A stretch of 64,000 nucleotides of DNA from assembly GCA_023717525.1 (NCBI GenBank), contig JAMQPK010000126.1:160-64159 (forward strand), read 5' to 3'. This document shows, piece after piece, positions 1 to 10,274 of the stretch. The position numbers and the translations under genes were made by a program. The notes below the pieces were generated by a model that worked only from the letters and a program-made list of their open reading frames with translations, was not told the DNA's origin and did no database searches. Each line of letters opens with the position of its first letter. The first letter of the stretch is position 1. The DNA comes from Vicinamibacterales bacterium. Its GTDB lineage: Bacteria > Acidobacteriota > Vicinamibacteria > Vicinamibacterales > JAMQPK01.

Positions 1-1
1 T

Positions 2-1366
2 CACATCGCCGCGCTCTGGATTGGTATGAGCGTCGTGATCACGACCTACACGCTGGCATCGGGCTTGATGCAGCAGGGAATGGCGTGGTGGCAGGCGATG
101 CTGACGATCCTGCTCGGCAATTCAATCGTGCTGATTCCGATGATCTTGAACGCACACGCAGGAACGAAATACGGTGTGTCGTTCCCCGTACTCTGTCGTG
201 CCGCGTTCGGAGTGAAGGGCGCAAATGTCCCGGCTGTGCTCAGGGCGCTTGTTGCCTGCGGATGGTTTGGCATTCAAACCTGGATTGGCGGGCTGGCGCT
301 CAACACGCTTCTGGTGGCGGCGTGGCCCGGATGGGCAGGTTTCGCATTCGGGATCTGGGTGTCGTTCCTCGCGTTCTGGCTGGTACAGGTCTGGATCATC
401 GTCCACGGACTCGAAGGCATCAAGAAACTTGAAGGCTGGTCCGCGCCGCTCCTGCTGGCCGGCGGCGCGCTGCTGCTGGGCTGGGCAATCGTTCGCGGTG
501 GCGGGCTTGGCCACATTCTGAGTGAATCCGTCCGGCTGCAGCAGCGGCACGTGCCGTTCTGGCAGCTGTTTCCTGCGGCGGTCACGGCCAATGTCGGCTA
601 CTGGGCCACCCTGAGCTTGAACATTCCCGATTTCACGCGCTATGCGCAAAGCCAGCGGTCGCAAGCCATGGGCCAGGCACTCGGCCTGCCGGCAACGATG
701 ACGGCATTCGCGTTCATCGGTGTGGCCGTGACGAGCGCGACCATCGTACTGTTCGGTGAAGCGATCTGGGATCCCGTGACGCTTATCGCACGGATCGGCA
801 GCGTCCCCGTGATCATTTTCGGCGCGCTCATCGTGATGCTCGCGCAACTGACGACGAACATGGCGGCGAACGTGGTTTCGCCCGCGAATGATTTTTCGAG
901 TTTGGCGCCGCGCCGCATCAACTACGTAACGGGAGGCCTGATGACCGCCGGCATCGGCATTGTGATGATGCCGTGGAAGCTGTACGCCGATGCCGCTGCG
1001 TACATCTTCACCTGGCTCATTGGGTACTCGAGCTTGATGGGCGCCATCGGAGGAATCCTGATCGCCGACTACTGGATCCTTCGGCGCCGGGATTTGTCGC
1101 TTGCCGATCTCTTCAAGCTCGATGGCCGCTACGCTTACGACAACGGCGTGAACCGCCGAGCGATGACTATCCTGGTGATCGCGGTTCTGCCTGTGGCTCC
1201 GGGGTTTGTCCGGGCCGCGGTAACTCCCGGCGGGGTTGTCGCGAGCCCTTCGATCTGGGATCACCTCTATACATACGCCTGGTTCGTGACGTTTGGCCTG
1301 AGTTTCGGACTGTATTTGGCAGCCGGGGGTGTCCGCCGAAACATTTCGACCACCTCCCACGTCTGA
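2..1366 (+). CDS. NCS1-family nucleobase/hydantoin/allantoin:cation symporter, 5' end outside window
   Basis: The frame is open from base 2 (HIAALWIG precedes the listed Met at 26), so the N-terminus is cut by the window edge. It is a polytopic hydrophobic protein with NCS1-like segments (GTKYGVSFPVLCRAAFG, LNIPDFTRY, MMPWKLY). Confidence 0.75.
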   Translation, partial: HIAALWIGMSVVITTYTLASGLMQQGMAWWQAMLTILLGNSIVLIPMILNAHAGTKYGVSFPVLCRAAFGVKGANVPAVLRALVACGWFGIQTWIGGLALNTLLVAAWPGWAGFAFGIWVSFLAFWLVQVWIIVHGLEGIKKLEGWSAPLLLAGGALLLGWAIVRGGGLGHILSESVRLQQRHVPFWQLFPAAVTANVGYWATLSLNIPDFTRYAQSQRSQAMGQALGLPATMTAFAFIGVAVTSATIVLFGEAIWDPVTLIARIGSVPVIIFGALIVMLAQLTTNMAANVVSPANDFSSLAPRRINYVTGGLMTAGIGIVMMPWKLYADAAAYIFTWLIGYSSLMGAIGGILIADYWILRRRDLSLADLFKLDGRYAYDNGVNRRAMTILVIAVLPVAPGFVRAAVTPGGVVASPSIWDHLYTYAWFVTFGLSFGLYLAAGGVRRNISTTSHV

Positions 1367-1373
1367 TACGTCG

Positions 1374-2570
1374 ATGACCAAGACAGGAAGGAAGCGGGTG
1401 TTTGCCGGCGTCGCCGTTGTCGCGCTGGCAGCCGTTGCGTGGGCAGCGTCGGCCTATCTCGGGCCGGCGCCGGAAGTCCCCGAATCGCGGCTCGCAACCG
1501 TCGAGCGAGGCACGATGGTCCGGTCGGTAGTCGCAACGGGGAAGATCGAGCCCATCACCAAGGTCGAAATCAAATCGAAAGCAAACGGCATCATCAAGGT
1601 GCTGCCGGTGGAGGTGGATCAAGAAGTTGAGGCCGGCACCGTGCTCGTCGAATTGGACAGAGAGAATCTGATGGCTCGTGTGCGCGAGGCCAGGGCCGTC
1701 CTGCAAGGCGCGCGGGCGGCGCACCAGGCGGCCGAGGCTCAGTACGAAAAGAGCCGCGTCGAGGCCGAAGGCCCGGAAGTCGAGTTTGCGAGACGGTCGT
1801 ATCAGCGCGCGCAGAGTCTGTACGAAGGCAAACTCGTCGCGCAGTCTCAACTCGAGGAAGCAAGGACCTCGCTCGATCAGGCCGAGAATCGCAAGCGGGC
1901 AGCCGAATCGCAGCTGCTCATCGCGAAGGCGCGTGTATCGGAGGCCGCGGCGAACGTGGCGCAAGCCCAGGCCTCGGTCGATCGAGCCGAGGAAGAGCTG
2001 GCCAATGCGACTATCCGCGCGCCAGTCCGGGGACGCATTCTGGCGCGCGACGTCGAAGTCGGCAGCCCAGTGTCTTCAATTCTCAACATGGGCTCTGCGG
2101 CGACTTCGGTCGTGACGATGGGCGATATCTCCCACGTGTTCGTGCGCGGGAAGGTCGACGAAACGGAAATCGGCAATCTGAAGTTGAATCAGCCGGCGCG
2201 CATCACGGTCGAGACGTTCAAAGGCAAGGTATTTCAGGGCAAGGTCACGCAGATCTCGCCGATGGGCGTGGAGCGCGACAACGTCACGAACTTCGAGGTG
2301 CGTGTCTCGATCGACAATCCCGGCAACGAGTTGAAGGCGAACATGACGGCCAATGCCGAGATCGTGCTCGAGGAGCGCCCGAACTCGCTCATTATTCCAG
2401 AGGCGGCAATCAGCTACGACTCCACGCGCGCCTCATCTGTCGATGTTCCCGACAGAAGCACGCGGACCGGGATCCGGCGCGTGCCCGTCAAGCTGGGCAT
2501 CAGCAACGGCACCCGGACGCAGGTCCTGGGAGGTCTGAAGGAAGGCGAGAAGGTCGTACTTCCTAACTAG
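1374..2570 (+). CDS. HlyD/MacA-type periplasmic adaptor (membrane fusion protein)
   Basis: It has an N-terminal membrane anchor ([15 protein letters not shown]), a long coiled-coil hairpin (LQGARAAHQAAEAQYEKS...AESQLLIAKARVSEAAANVAQAQASVDRAEEELANATIRAP) and a beta-barrel tail (GKVFQGKVTQISP). ATG 1374 is chosen because it follows the upstream stop at 1366. Confidence 0.85.
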   Translation: MTKTGRKRVFAGVAVVALAAVAWAASAYLGPAPEVPESRLATVERGTMVRSVVATGKIEPITKVEIKSKANGIIKVLPVEVDQEVEAGTVLVELDRENLMARVREARAVLQGARAAHQAAEAQYEKSRVEAEGPEVEFARRSYQRAQSLYEGKLVAQSQLEEARTSLDQAENRKRAAESQLLIAKARVSEAAANVAQAQASVDRAEEELANATIRAPVRGRILARDVEVGSPVSSILNMGSAATSVVTMGDISHVFVRGKVDETEIGNLKLNQPARITVETFKGKVFQGKVTQISPMGVERDNVTNFEVRVSIDNPGNELKANMTANAEIVLEERPNSLIIPEAAISYDSTRASSVDVPDRSTRTGIRRVPVKLGISNGTRTQVLGGLKEGEKVVLPN

Positions 2571-2579
2571 ACCCAGACC

Positions 2580-3890
2580 ATGCAGGAATCGTTCAAGCAA
2601 TCCATCGACAACCTCCGCACGAACAAGCTGCGGAGCTTCCTCACGATGTTCGGCATCATGTGGGGCGTGATCTCCATCGTCATGTTGTCGGCGATGGGCG
2701 AAGGATTCCAGCAGGGCAATCAAGCCGTGCTCGCGGAGCTCGGGAAGAACATCGTCATCGTCAGGAACGGTCGGACGAGCACGCAGGTCGGTGGTCAGCG
2801 CGCCGGTCGCGTGGTTCGCCTGACGATCGAGGATGCACGCGCGCTGAAGAATGGCGGGCGAATCATCGAGGAAGTCAGCCCGGAGCTGATGCGTGGTGGG
2901 GTTGCCGTGAAGAGCGCGCACAACGCCGCGTCGCTCCAGATGAGCGGCATCTGGCCGTCGTTTCAAAGAATCCGTGCGATAGAGGTATCGGACGGCCGGC
3001 TCATCAACGAGGCAGACAATGCCGAGGCTCGACGCGTCGTCGTGATCGGACGCGAGGCCTCCATCCAGTTATTCGCCGATCGCAATCCAATTGGCCAGCC
3101 GCTCAAGTTGAATGGCCTGTCGTACACCGTGATCGGAAGAGTGCGCAAGAAGTTCCAGGATTCAAACTACACGGGCCGGGACGAACTGCGCCTCTTCGTG
3201 CCATACGAGGCGATGCGCCGGGATTTCCCGCTGCTGGGCCCATTCGATACGCCGGATTCGATTTCTGCCGTCATCGTGGCTCCGTATGCGTGGGTGGCCG
3301 ACGCCCTTCGCGAGCAGATGGACAGCGGCGCGGTTCGCGGCGTTTTCGGTGCGCTGGGGCAGACGATCGTCGAGAAGGAAATTCGCGGTGTGCTCGCGCC
3401 GCGTCATGGATTCGACATCGACGACACCGAAGCACTGTCGTTGTGGAACACCGCCGTCGAGTCGGTGATGTTCAGCAAGATGACGCAGACGATGCAGAAC
3501 TTCTTCGTGTCGGTCAGCCTCATTACGCTGGCGCTCGGCGGTATCGGTGTGATGAACATCATGCTCGTGGCGGTCCGGGAGCGGACGCGCGAGATTGGTT
3601 TGCGCAAGGCGATCGGTGCCACCAGCCGCAGCATTCACCGGCAATTCATCGTTGAAGGCCTGGTGTTGACGCTCGTCAGCGGCGCGCTCGGATTTGTCGT
3701 CGGACTGGGATTCTGCGGGCTCATTAATCTTGCGCCGCGTCCGGCGAGGTTCTCCGGGATGATCGTCACGCCAGGCACGGCGATGCTCGCTGTCGTCGCT
3801 CTGGCCGCTGTAGGAGTGCTGGCGGCTCTCTACCCCGCTGCGCGCGCTGCCGCCCTTCCGCCAGTCGAGTCGCTCAGGTACGAAGCGTAA
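2580..3890 (+). CDS. MacB/FtsX-type ABC transporter permease (no ATPase domain)
   Basis: It begins with a typical N-terminus ([24 protein letters not shown]), followed by a large periplasmic domain. The C-terminal FtsX 3-TM bundle carries the conserved [20 protein letters not shown] motif. Confidence 0.9.
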   Translation: MQESFKQSIDNLRTNKLRSFLTMFGIMWGVISIVMLSAMGEGFQQGNQAVLAELGKNIVIVRNGRTSTQVGGQRAGRVVRLTIEDARALKNGGRIIEEVSPELMRGGVAVKSAHNAASLQMSGIWPSFQRIRAIEVSDGRLINEADNAEARRVVVIGREASIQLFADRNPIGQPLKLNGLSYTVIGRVRKKFQDSNYTGRDELRLFVPYEAMRRDFPLLGPFDTPDSISAVIVAPYAWVADALREQMDSGAVRGVFGALGQTIVEKEIRGVLAPRHGFDIDDTEALSLWNTAVESVMFSKMTQTMQNFFVSVSLITLALGGIGVMNIMLVAVRERTREIGLRKAIGATSRSIHRQFIVEGLVLTLVSGALGFVVGLGFCGLINLAPRPARFSGMIVTPGTAMLAVVALAAVGVLAALYPAARAAALPPVESLRYEA

Positions 3891-3894
3891 GGCC

Positions 3895-5145
3895 ATGCGA
3901 CTGTATCTTGAAGTCGTCACGCAGGCTTTAGGGTCGCTCGTGGCGCACCGCTTTCGTGCTGCGCTGACGATGATGGGTATTGCAGGGGGCATTGTCACGG
4001 TTGTGCTGTTGATGGCGTACGGAAGCGGATTTCAGCGTGCGCTGATGTACGGATTTCGAAATGCGTTTTCCGAAGGGACGGTGGTCGCGAGCGGTGGCCA
4101 GACGAGCATGCAGGCCGGCGGTGAGCGGTCGGGACGCCGGATCGTCCTGAAGCAAGCGGACGTGGACGCCATTCGGGAGCTCGGCTGGGTGAAGTTCGTG
4201 AGCCCGGAGAACATGGCGTCGTTGCCTGTTGGATACGGCCTGCGCCAGACGACCGCGGGCGTGCGGGGAGTTGCGCCGGAATACGCGATCATGCGGACCG
4301 AAAACGCGGAGCACGGGCGCTTCATCAGCCACGAGGACGTGGAAGGCCATCGGCGCGTGGCTTTTCTGGGCTATGAAGTCGCGCGCCGGCTATTCAGCGG
4401 CATTCCACCCGTGGGGGAGACCGTGCGCATCAACGGGCTGCCGTTCGAAGTCATCGGCGTGATGCCCAACAAAGCCCAGATCTCGAACTACTTCTACCCC
4501 GATAAATTGTCGGTCTTCGTGCCATGGACCGTGTCGGGCCGTGGCGAGAACGTGGACAATATCGTGTTCCAGACAGTCAACCCGTTGATGCACGACCGGT
4601 CGTTGAAGCAGGTGCGGGAGTTGCTGGCGACCAGGCACCGATTCAATCCGACCGACGCGCGGGCGGTCAACCTTCGCGACTCGGGGGATACCGCGGCGAT
4701 GCTTGCCGGAATTACCGACGGCCTTCAGTTCGTGTTGTATTTCATCGGCATTCTGACGCTGATGATCGGGGGTGTGGGCGTCATGAACATCATGCTCGTG
4801 TCGGTCAACGAACGGACGCGGGAGATCGGCGTGAGAAAAGCCCTTGGCGCGCGCCGGCGGCACATCCTGACCCAGTTTCTGCTGGAGGCGATGACCATCA
4901 CGTTTGTCGGCGGACTCATCGGCATCACACTCTCGTACTTCCTCGTATGGGCGATTGGGACGACGCCGTTTCTCGCGGAGCTCATCGACGATCCGTCGCG
5001 ACAAACCGATATCCAGCTCGTGCTTTCGCAGAACATCCTCCTGACGTCGACAAGCATCCTCGCATTCGCCGGCATCGTCAGCGGCTTCTGGCCCGCGGTC
5101 CGCGCTTCGCGACTCGACCCGATCGAGGCGTTGCGATACGAGTAG
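3895..5145 (+). CDS. MacB/FtsX-type ABC transporter permease, paralog of the previous gene
   Basis: It has the same architecture as the previous gene: [20 protein letters not shown] at the N-terminus and [20 protein letters not shown] in the FtsX domain. It starts 4 nt after the previous stop. Confidence 0.9.
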   Translation: MRLYLEVVTQALGSLVAHRFRAALTMMGIAGGIVTVVLLMAYGSGFQRALMYGFRNAFSEGTVVASGGQTSMQAGGERSGRRIVLKQADVDAIRELGWVKFVSPENMASLPVGYGLRQTTAGVRGVAPEYAIMRTENAEHGRFISHEDVEGHRRVAFLGYEVARRLFSGIPPVGETVRINGLPFEVIGVMPNKAQISNYFYPDKLSVFVPWTVSGRGENVDNIVFQTVNPLMHDRSLKQVRELLATRHRFNPTDARAVNLRDSGDTAAMLAGITDGLQFVLYFIGILTLMIGGVGVMNIMLVSVNERTREIGVRKALGARRRHILTQFLLEAMTITFVGGLIGITLSYFLVWAIGTTPFLAELIDDPSRQTDIQLVLSQNILLTSTSILAFAGIVSGFWPAVRASRLDPIEALRYE

Positions 5146-5167
5146 CGCATCCAGTAACCTACGGTTC

Positions 5168-5635
5168 TTGCTTCTTCGGCTGACCGTCAACGGCGTGAGC
5201 TACGAGCGCGACGTCGAGCCACGCCTGCTCCTCAGCGATTTCATCCGTCAGGACCTCGAACTCACGGGAACTCACGTCGGCTGCGAGCATGGCGTCTGCG
5301 GAGCGTGCACGGTGCTCTTCGACGGGGAACCGGTTCGCTCCTGCATCATGCTGGCCGTGCAGGCCAACGGGCACCAGTTGCAGACGATTGAGGGGCTGGC
5401 GGGCCCTGCGGGCGAATTGAATCCGCTGCAAGCGGCCTTTCGTACGGCCCACGGTCTGCAGTGCGGCTTCTGCACACCTGGCATTCTGATGACCCTGACG
5501 GCATTCCTCCGAGACACCGCGAACCCGAGCGACGCGCAGATTCGCGAGGCGCTGTCGGCGAATCTCTGCCGGTGCACCGGCTATCACCACATCGTCGAGG
5601 CGGCGAAGCTTGCCAGTCGACAAACGCTACCTTAG
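5168..5635 (+). CDS. (2Fe-2S)-binding small subunit of a xanthine-dehydrogenase-family molybdenum hydroxylase (CoxS-like)
   Basis: It has the plant-type cluster motif GCEHGVCGACTV and the second cluster motif QCGFCTPG...CRCTGY. A TTG start is assumed. Confidence 0.9.
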   Translation: MLLRLTVNGVSYERDVEPRLLLSDFIRQDLELTGTHVGCEHGVCGACTVLFDGEPVRSCIMLAVQANGHQLQTIEGLAGPAGELNPLQAAFRTAHGLQCGFCTPGILMTLTAFLRDTANPSDAQIREALSANLCRCTGYHHIVEAAKLASRQTLP

Positions 5636-7958
5636 CGCCCGCGTCGTTCGAAATGAAGACGCGCGGCTGCTCACCGGGCGCGCGTTGTTTGTCGATGACG
5701 TGCGTCTGCCCGGTATGCTGCACGTGGCCTTCGTCCGCAGCGAATACGCACACGGCCGGCTGAACAGCGTCGATGTATCGGCGGCGCGCCGGCGGCCTGG
5801 CGTGATCGCTGTGTACACGGCCAACGATCTCGGCGCGTACCTGGTGCCAGGTCCGGTGCTGGTGAATCCCCCGCCAATTCCCGGCCACGTGTTTCACGGC
5901 TGCACGCAGCTTCCTCTCGCGAAAGACAAAGTACGGCATGTCGGCGAACCAATCGCGATGGTGGTGGCCCAGAGCCGCTACATCGCGGAAGACGCCCTGC
6001 GCGACGTCGTCGTCGAGATCGATCCACTCGATGTCGTGGTCGATCTCGAAAAGGGGCTCGCCCCCGGCGCGCCGCTCGTCCACGAGCATCTCACGTCGAA
6101 CCTTGCCGCGCATGTTGTCCAAAGGAAGGGCGACTACGCGTCGGCGAAGGCGAAGGCCGACGTCGTGGTCCGTCGCAGGTTTCGCTACGACCGCGGTGCC
6201 TCAGGTGCCATCGAGAATCGCGCGGTTGCCGTCGACTGGGATGCAAAAGCCGAAGAGATGACGATCTGGGACACCACCCAGGCGCCGATCCCGATTCGCA
6301 ATGGCCTCGCGCGCATGCTCGGCCTGCTGGAATCGCAGGTGAACGTCATCGCTCCGTTTGTCGGGGGCGGTTTTGGGCCGAAAATCATGATGTTCTATCC
6401 GGAAGAGCTGCTCCTGCCGTGGGCGGCCATGCGGCTGAACCGCCCGCTCAAGTGGACGGAGGATCGCCAGGAAAATTTCTTTGCGACGACGCAGGAACGC
6501 GGGCAGATCCACGACGCGGAGATGGCGTTGACCAGGGAGGGGCGTATTCTCGGCGTGAAGGACGTGTTTCTGTTCGATACGGGCGCCTATGATCCGTACG
6601 GACTCACGATTCCGATCAACAGTCAGTGCACGCTGCTCGGTCCCTACGACATCCCACATTACGACAGCGAGTTCACCGCTGTGTTCACGAACAAGACGAT
6701 CGTGACGCCCGTTCGGGGCGCTGGCCGGCAGCACGGCGTGTTCGTGAGCGAGCGCCTGCTCGATCTGGCGGCGAAGGAGCTCGGCATCGATCGCGTCGAG
6801 ATCCGTAAGCGCAATCTGTTGAAGCCCGATCAGTTTCCACACAATCACGAGATCATGTTTCAGGATTCTGCGCCGCTCGTCTACGACAGCGGAGACTATC
6901 TCCCGACGCTGGAGCAGGCAGCCACGCTAATCGGCTACGAAGCATTCATTCGCGACGAACAGCCGCGGCTGCGCGCAGAGGGCAGGCACGTCGGGGTCGG
7001 GATCGCGTGCTATGTCGAAGGCACCGGCATTGGTCCGTACGAAGGCGCCAGGGTGACCGTCGAGCCCAGCGGTAAGGTGCGATGCGCGACGGGTGTCGGT
7101 ACTCAGGGGCAGGGGCACTTCACCGTCTTCGCGCAGCTCGTGGCCGATGCCCTCGGCGTCGACGTGGAAGACGTGAAGGTGGTAACTGGCGACACGCGCG
7201 AGTTTCATTGGGGTACCGGGACCTTCGCGAGCCGCGGCGCCGTCGTGGCCGGGAGCGCCTGCCATGCGGCTGCGATGGCCGTTCGAGAAAAGATTCTGGA
7301 CCTGGCCAGCGGCCTGCTGCAGACGCCCAAGGAGGCGCTCGAGTTGGCCGGCGGCAGAGTCTGCGTCAAAGGATCTGCCGATCGCGGCATCGGACTTGGA
7401 GAGCTGGCGGGGAAGGCCAATCCGCTTCGCGGCGCGGTTCGTCCTGGCACGGAACCTGGCCTCGAGAGCACGGCCTACTTCGGACCCGATCGAGGCAGCA
7501 CGGCCAGCGGCGTGCATGCGATGATCGTCGAAGTCGATCCGGAAACAGCAGCCGTCGAGATCAAACGGTACCTCGTGGTGCACGACTGCGGCGTCATCAT
7601 CAATCCGTTGCTCGTCGAAGGGCAGATCCACGGCGGGGTGGCGCACGGCATCGGCAACGCGTTCTACGAACAGCTGATCTACGACGATCAGGGGCAGCTC
7701 CTGAACGCGTCGTTCATGGACTACCTGCTGCCGACGGCGACCGACGTGCCGGCGATCGAAACCGCTCACCGCGAAACGGCATCGCCGTTCAATCCGATGG
7801 GGCTGAAGGGCGTTGGAGAGGCGGGCTGCATCCCGACAGGCGCGTTGTTTGCGCAAGCCGTCGAGGACGCGCTGGCTGGCTCAGGAGTTGAGATCACGGA
7901 AATTCCCCTCAGCCCAAACAGACTGTTCGAGTTGCTGGACGAGGCAAAGCAGAAATGA
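5610..7958 (+). CDS. Molybdopterin-binding large subunit of a xanthine-dehydrogenase-family hydroxylase (CoxL-like, not a form I CO dehydrogenase)
   Basis: It has an N-terminal RNEDARLLTG motif, a GGGFGPK molybdopterin motif, the active-site loop PVRGAGR, and C-terminal GVGEAG. The TTG start overlaps the small-subunit gene. Confidence 0.9.
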   Translation: MPVDKRYLSARVVRNEDARLLTGRALFVDDVRLPGMLHVAFVRSEYAHGRLNSVDVSAARRRPGVIAVYTANDLGAYLVPGPVLVNPPPIPGHVFHGCTQLPLAKDKVRHVGEPIAMVVAQSRYIAEDALRDVVVEIDPLDVVVDLEKGLAPGAPLVHEHLTSNLAAHVVQRKGDYASAKAKADVVVRRRFRYDRGASGAIENRAVAVDWDAKAEEMTIWDTTQAPIPIRNGLARMLGLLESQVNVIAPFVGGGFGPKIMMFYPEELLLPWAAMRLNRPLKWTEDRQENFFATTQERGQIHDAEMALTREGRILGVKDVFLFDTGAYDPYGLTIPINSQCTLLGPYDIPHYDSEFTAVFTNKTIVTPVRGAGRQHGVFVSERLLDLAAKELGIDRVEIRKRNLLKPDQFPHNHEIMFQDSAPLVYDSGDYLPTLEQAATLIGYEAFIRDEQPRLRAEGRHVGVGIACYVEGTGIGPYEGARVTVEPSGKVRCATGVGTQGQGHFTVFAQLVADALGVDVEDVKVVTGDTREFHWGTGTFASRGAVVAGSACHAAAMAVREKILDLASGLLQTPKEALELAGGRVCVKGSADRGIGLGELAGKANPLRGAVRPGTEPGLESTAYFGPDRGSTASGVHAMIVEVDPETAAVEIKRYLVVHDCGVIINPLLVEGQIHGGVAHGIGNAFYEQLIYDDQGQLLNASFMDYLLPTATDVPAIETAHRETASPFNPMGLKGVGEAGCIPTGALFAQAVEDALAGSGVEITEIPLSPNRLFELLDEAKQK

Positions 7959-8404
7959 TCCTGAGCGGCACGTTCACGTTCAATGGCCCCCGAGCGACCG
8001 TGTTCGAACTGCTGCAAGATCCGGCTGTCCTTGCGAAGGCCTTACCGGGCACAAAGATGCTGACGAAAACCGCCGAGGACCACTATGAAGGCGCCATGAA
8101 AGTGAGCATTGGTCCCATGACGGCCGCCGAGTTTGCCGTCACGGTCGAGCTGAAAGACAAAGTGGCACCCGAGCGGTTTTCCATGCACATCGACGGCAAG
8201 GGCAGTGTCGGTTTTACGAAAGGGACGGCGACGATCGAACTGCAGGAGGAGCCCGGTCCCGTGACGCTGATGACCTACTCGTCTGACGTGCAGATAGGCG
8301 GGAAGATCGCCGGCGTCGGGCAGCGGCTGCTCGAATCGGTGGGCAAAATGATGACCAGGCAGGCACTGGACTCGTTGAACAAAGAATTGCAGGCCCGGCT
8401 ATGA
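7955..8404 (+). CDS. CoxG-like SRPBCC-fold subunit G
   Basis: The 149-aa protein starts MILSGTFTFNGPRATVFELLQDPAVLAKALPG, which is typical of the CoxG family. Its start overlaps the large-subunit stop in an ATGA. Confidence 0.85.
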   Translation: MILSGTFTFNGPRATVFELLQDPAVLAKALPGTKMLTKTAEDHYEGAMKVSIGPMTAAEFAVTVELKDKVAPERFSMHIDGKGSVGFTKGTATIELQEEPGPVTLMTYSSDVQIGGKIAGVGQRLLESVGKMMTRQALDSLNKELQARL

Positions 8405-8408
8405 CGCC

Positions 8409-8474
8409 GCGGAGCGGCGCGGGGCGTCGGGGCCCCGCAAGCGGAGCGGCGGGAGCGGGGCTAGGGGCCCCCGC
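8409..8474. repeat. Tandem ~32-bp duplication, each copy ending in a GCGGGG-N8-CCCCGC hairpin
   Basis: GCGGAGCGGCGCGGGGCGTCGGGGCCCCGC is followed by GCGGAGCGGCGGGAGCGGGGCTAGGGGCCCCCGC. The repeat lies between the CoxG-like and CoxM-like genes and ends 9 nt before the ATG at 8484. Confidence 0.7.
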
Positions 8475-8483
8475 GACAAATTT

Positions 8484-9365
8484 ATGAAGCCGGCGCCTTT
8501 CGAATATTTTCAGCCGCACAGTGTGGACGAGGCGGTGGCCCTGCTCGCCGAGCACGGCGGGGATGCGAAGCCGCTTGCCGGTGGCCAGAGCCTCATTCCG
8601 GCGATGAACTTCAGATTGGCCACGCCGTCCGTCCTGGTCGACTTGAACGGCATTCCCGAACTTGCCTACATCAAGAATGATGACGCCCTCCGTCTGGGCG
8701 GGATGACACGGCAGCGTACAGTTGAGCGCAGTGCCGTGGTTGCCAGGGGCGCGCCGCTCGTGACCGAAACGATGCCGTTCATTGCGCATGCAGCGATCCG
8801 GAACCGAGGAACCGTGGGCGGAAGCCTGGCGCATGCCGACCCCGCTGCCGAGTTGCCGGCCGTGATGCTCACATTGAACGCGCGACTCGTGCTGAGAAGC
8901 CGGAACGGATCGCGCACCGTTTCTGCAGGAGACTTCTTCGTCGGGCTCTTTGCCACCGCGTTGGAGCCTGGCGAGATCCTCACCGAAGTCGAGATTCCAC
9001 GACCTGCCGCGAGAAGCGGTCATGCGTTCGAGGAAATGTCGCGGCGTCATGGGGATTTTGCTCTGGTGGGCGCAGCGGCCGCCGTTGTGCTCGATGGCGC
9101 CGGTAAATGCGCCGGCGCGCGGATCGTGCTGCTGAGCGTCGGCGATCGGCCTATGCTGGCCGAGCAGGCATCAGCCGTGCTGATGGGCCAGTCGCCAACC
9201 GACGAGGCGATCAGAGCGGCTGCCGTCACCGCGGCCGAGAAGGATATCGATCCTTCCACCGACATCCACGCGTCGGCCAGGTATCGGAGGCAACTGGCGA
9301 GCGTCCTGACCAGGCGCGTTCTGACTCGAGCATTTGCGAAAGCGATTGATCGAGCTGGTCACTAA
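8484..9365 (+). CDS. FAD-binding medium subunit of a xanthine-dehydrogenase-family hydroxylase (CoxM-like)
   Basis: It has the FAD-binding PCMH-type motifs LAGGQSLIP and IRNRGTVGGSLAHADPAAELP. Its size of 293 aa is typical. Confidence 0.9.
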   Translation: MKPAPFEYFQPHSVDEAVALLAEHGGDAKPLAGGQSLIPAMNFRLATPSVLVDLNGIPELAYIKNDDALRLGGMTRQRTVERSAVVARGAPLVTETMPFIAHAAIRNRGTVGGSLAHADPAAELPAVMLTLNARLVLRSRNGSRTVSAGDFFVGLFATALEPGEILTEVEIPRPAARSGHAFEEMSRRHGDFALVGAAAAVVLDGAGKCAGARIVLLSVGDRPMLAEQASAVLMGQSPTDEAIRAAAVTAAEKDIDPSTDIHASARYRRQLASVLTRRVLTRAFAKAIDRAGH

Positions 9366-9432
9366 GCAGATGGTTGTCACGATGTTGCGCCGAGCGCGAG
9401 GCAGGGAATACTGCGAGCGCGAGGTGGTAGGT

Positions 9433-9460
9433 CGTGGGGTGGGGCCCCACGACGAATCAA
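9433..9460. repeat. G4/C4 hairpin element, copy A (contains the 12-bp palindrome GTGGGGCCCCAC)
   Basis: The sequence is CGTGGGGTGGGGCCCCACGACGAATCAA, 13 nt upstream of the cyclase ATG. It is nearly identical to the copy at 20264-20291. Confidence 0.75.
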
Positions 9461-9473
9461 GTAAAGAGGACTC

Positions 9474-10274
9474 ATGAAAATCTACGATCTGTCACAACCC
9501 TTGAACGAACAGGTCCCTTTCTGGCCGTACTACCCGCCATTCGAAGTCAAGTACATCAAGCGGAAGGCGGAGCATGGTGTGAACGCGCAGTACATCATGA
9601 CGTCGAATCACATGGGCACCCACCTCGATGCGCCGCGCCACTTCGTCACCAATGGCCGCACAATCGACCAGATTCCTGTCGAGTGGTTGTGCGGGCCTGG
9701 TGTCGTCGTGAACTTGTCCGATGCGATGGACGAGCTCGAGCTCTATACGCCGAAGATGATCGAGGACCGTGTCGAAGTGAAAGACGGCGACCTGTTGTAT
9801 CTGCACACCGGCTTCCACAAGTTCGCCCAGTTCGGCGAGCATGCCGACGAGGAGAAATATATCCACCGCCATCCTGGCGCTCATCCGGATATGGTGCCGT
9901 GGCTCCTCAAGAAGAAGATCCGCATCTGGGGCGTCGATTGCGTGTCGACCGACCATCCGATGAACCTGCCGATCGGGCGGTTTCTTGGCAAGGGGATGCA
10001 CGGCCACTGCGATCGTGTGCGCAAGCAGGCCGAGGACAAGTTTGGCGGTAAGGACGCGGTCGACAAGCTGTTTCCCGACTCGGCGTATCAGTTGACGCAC
10101 AACGCGCTGTTTCCGAAAGACTGCATGCACATCGAGAACCTCGGCGGCGACATCGATGCGCCAGAACTGCAGAACAAGCGGCTGATTCTTGGATGCTTTC
10201 CGTGGAAATTCAAAGGTGGCGAGGCGGCGTTCTGCCGCGCCGTGGCGTTTGTCGGCGAGTGGCAGAAGCCATGA
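9474..10274 (+). CDS. Cyclase-family metal-dependent hydrolase (kynurenine formamidase / isatin hydrolase family)
   Basis: It has the HMGTHLDAPRHF signature (HxGTHxDxPxH) and is 266 aa. An AGAGGA Shine-Dalgarno lies 7 nt upstream. Confidence 0.85.
   Translation: MKIYDLSQPLNEQVPFWPYYPPFEVKYIKRKAEHGVNAQYIMTSNHMGTHLDAPRHFVTNGRTIDQIPVEWLCGPGVVVNLSDAMDELELYTPKMIEDRVEVKDGDLLYLHTGFHKFAQFGEHADEEKYIHRHPGAHPDMVPWLLKKKIRIWGVDCVSTDHPMNLPIGRFLGKGMHGHCDRVRKQAEDKFGGKDAVDKLFPDSAYQLTHNALFPKDCMHIENLGGDIDAPELQNKRLILGCFPWKFKGGEAAFCRAVAFVGEWQKP

Noticed and set aside
122-1381. A 419-aa minus-strand ORF
   Set aside because: It is antisense to the NCS1 permease and has an Arg/Asp/His-rich junk-like composition.
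5610-7958. Annotation as a bona fide aerobic CO dehydrogenase (coxL form I)
   Set aside because: The active-site loop reads PVRGAGR and lacks the AYXCSFR motif, with its catalytic Cys, that defines form I CODH. No coxDEF accessory genes are adjacent.
9434-10051. ORFs starting MGWGPTTNQ (9434) and MGVGPHANQ (20265)
   Set aside because: The shared N-terminal peptides are simply translations of the repeated G4/C4 hairpin element. The downstream frames conflict with, or merely extend, well-supported genes.
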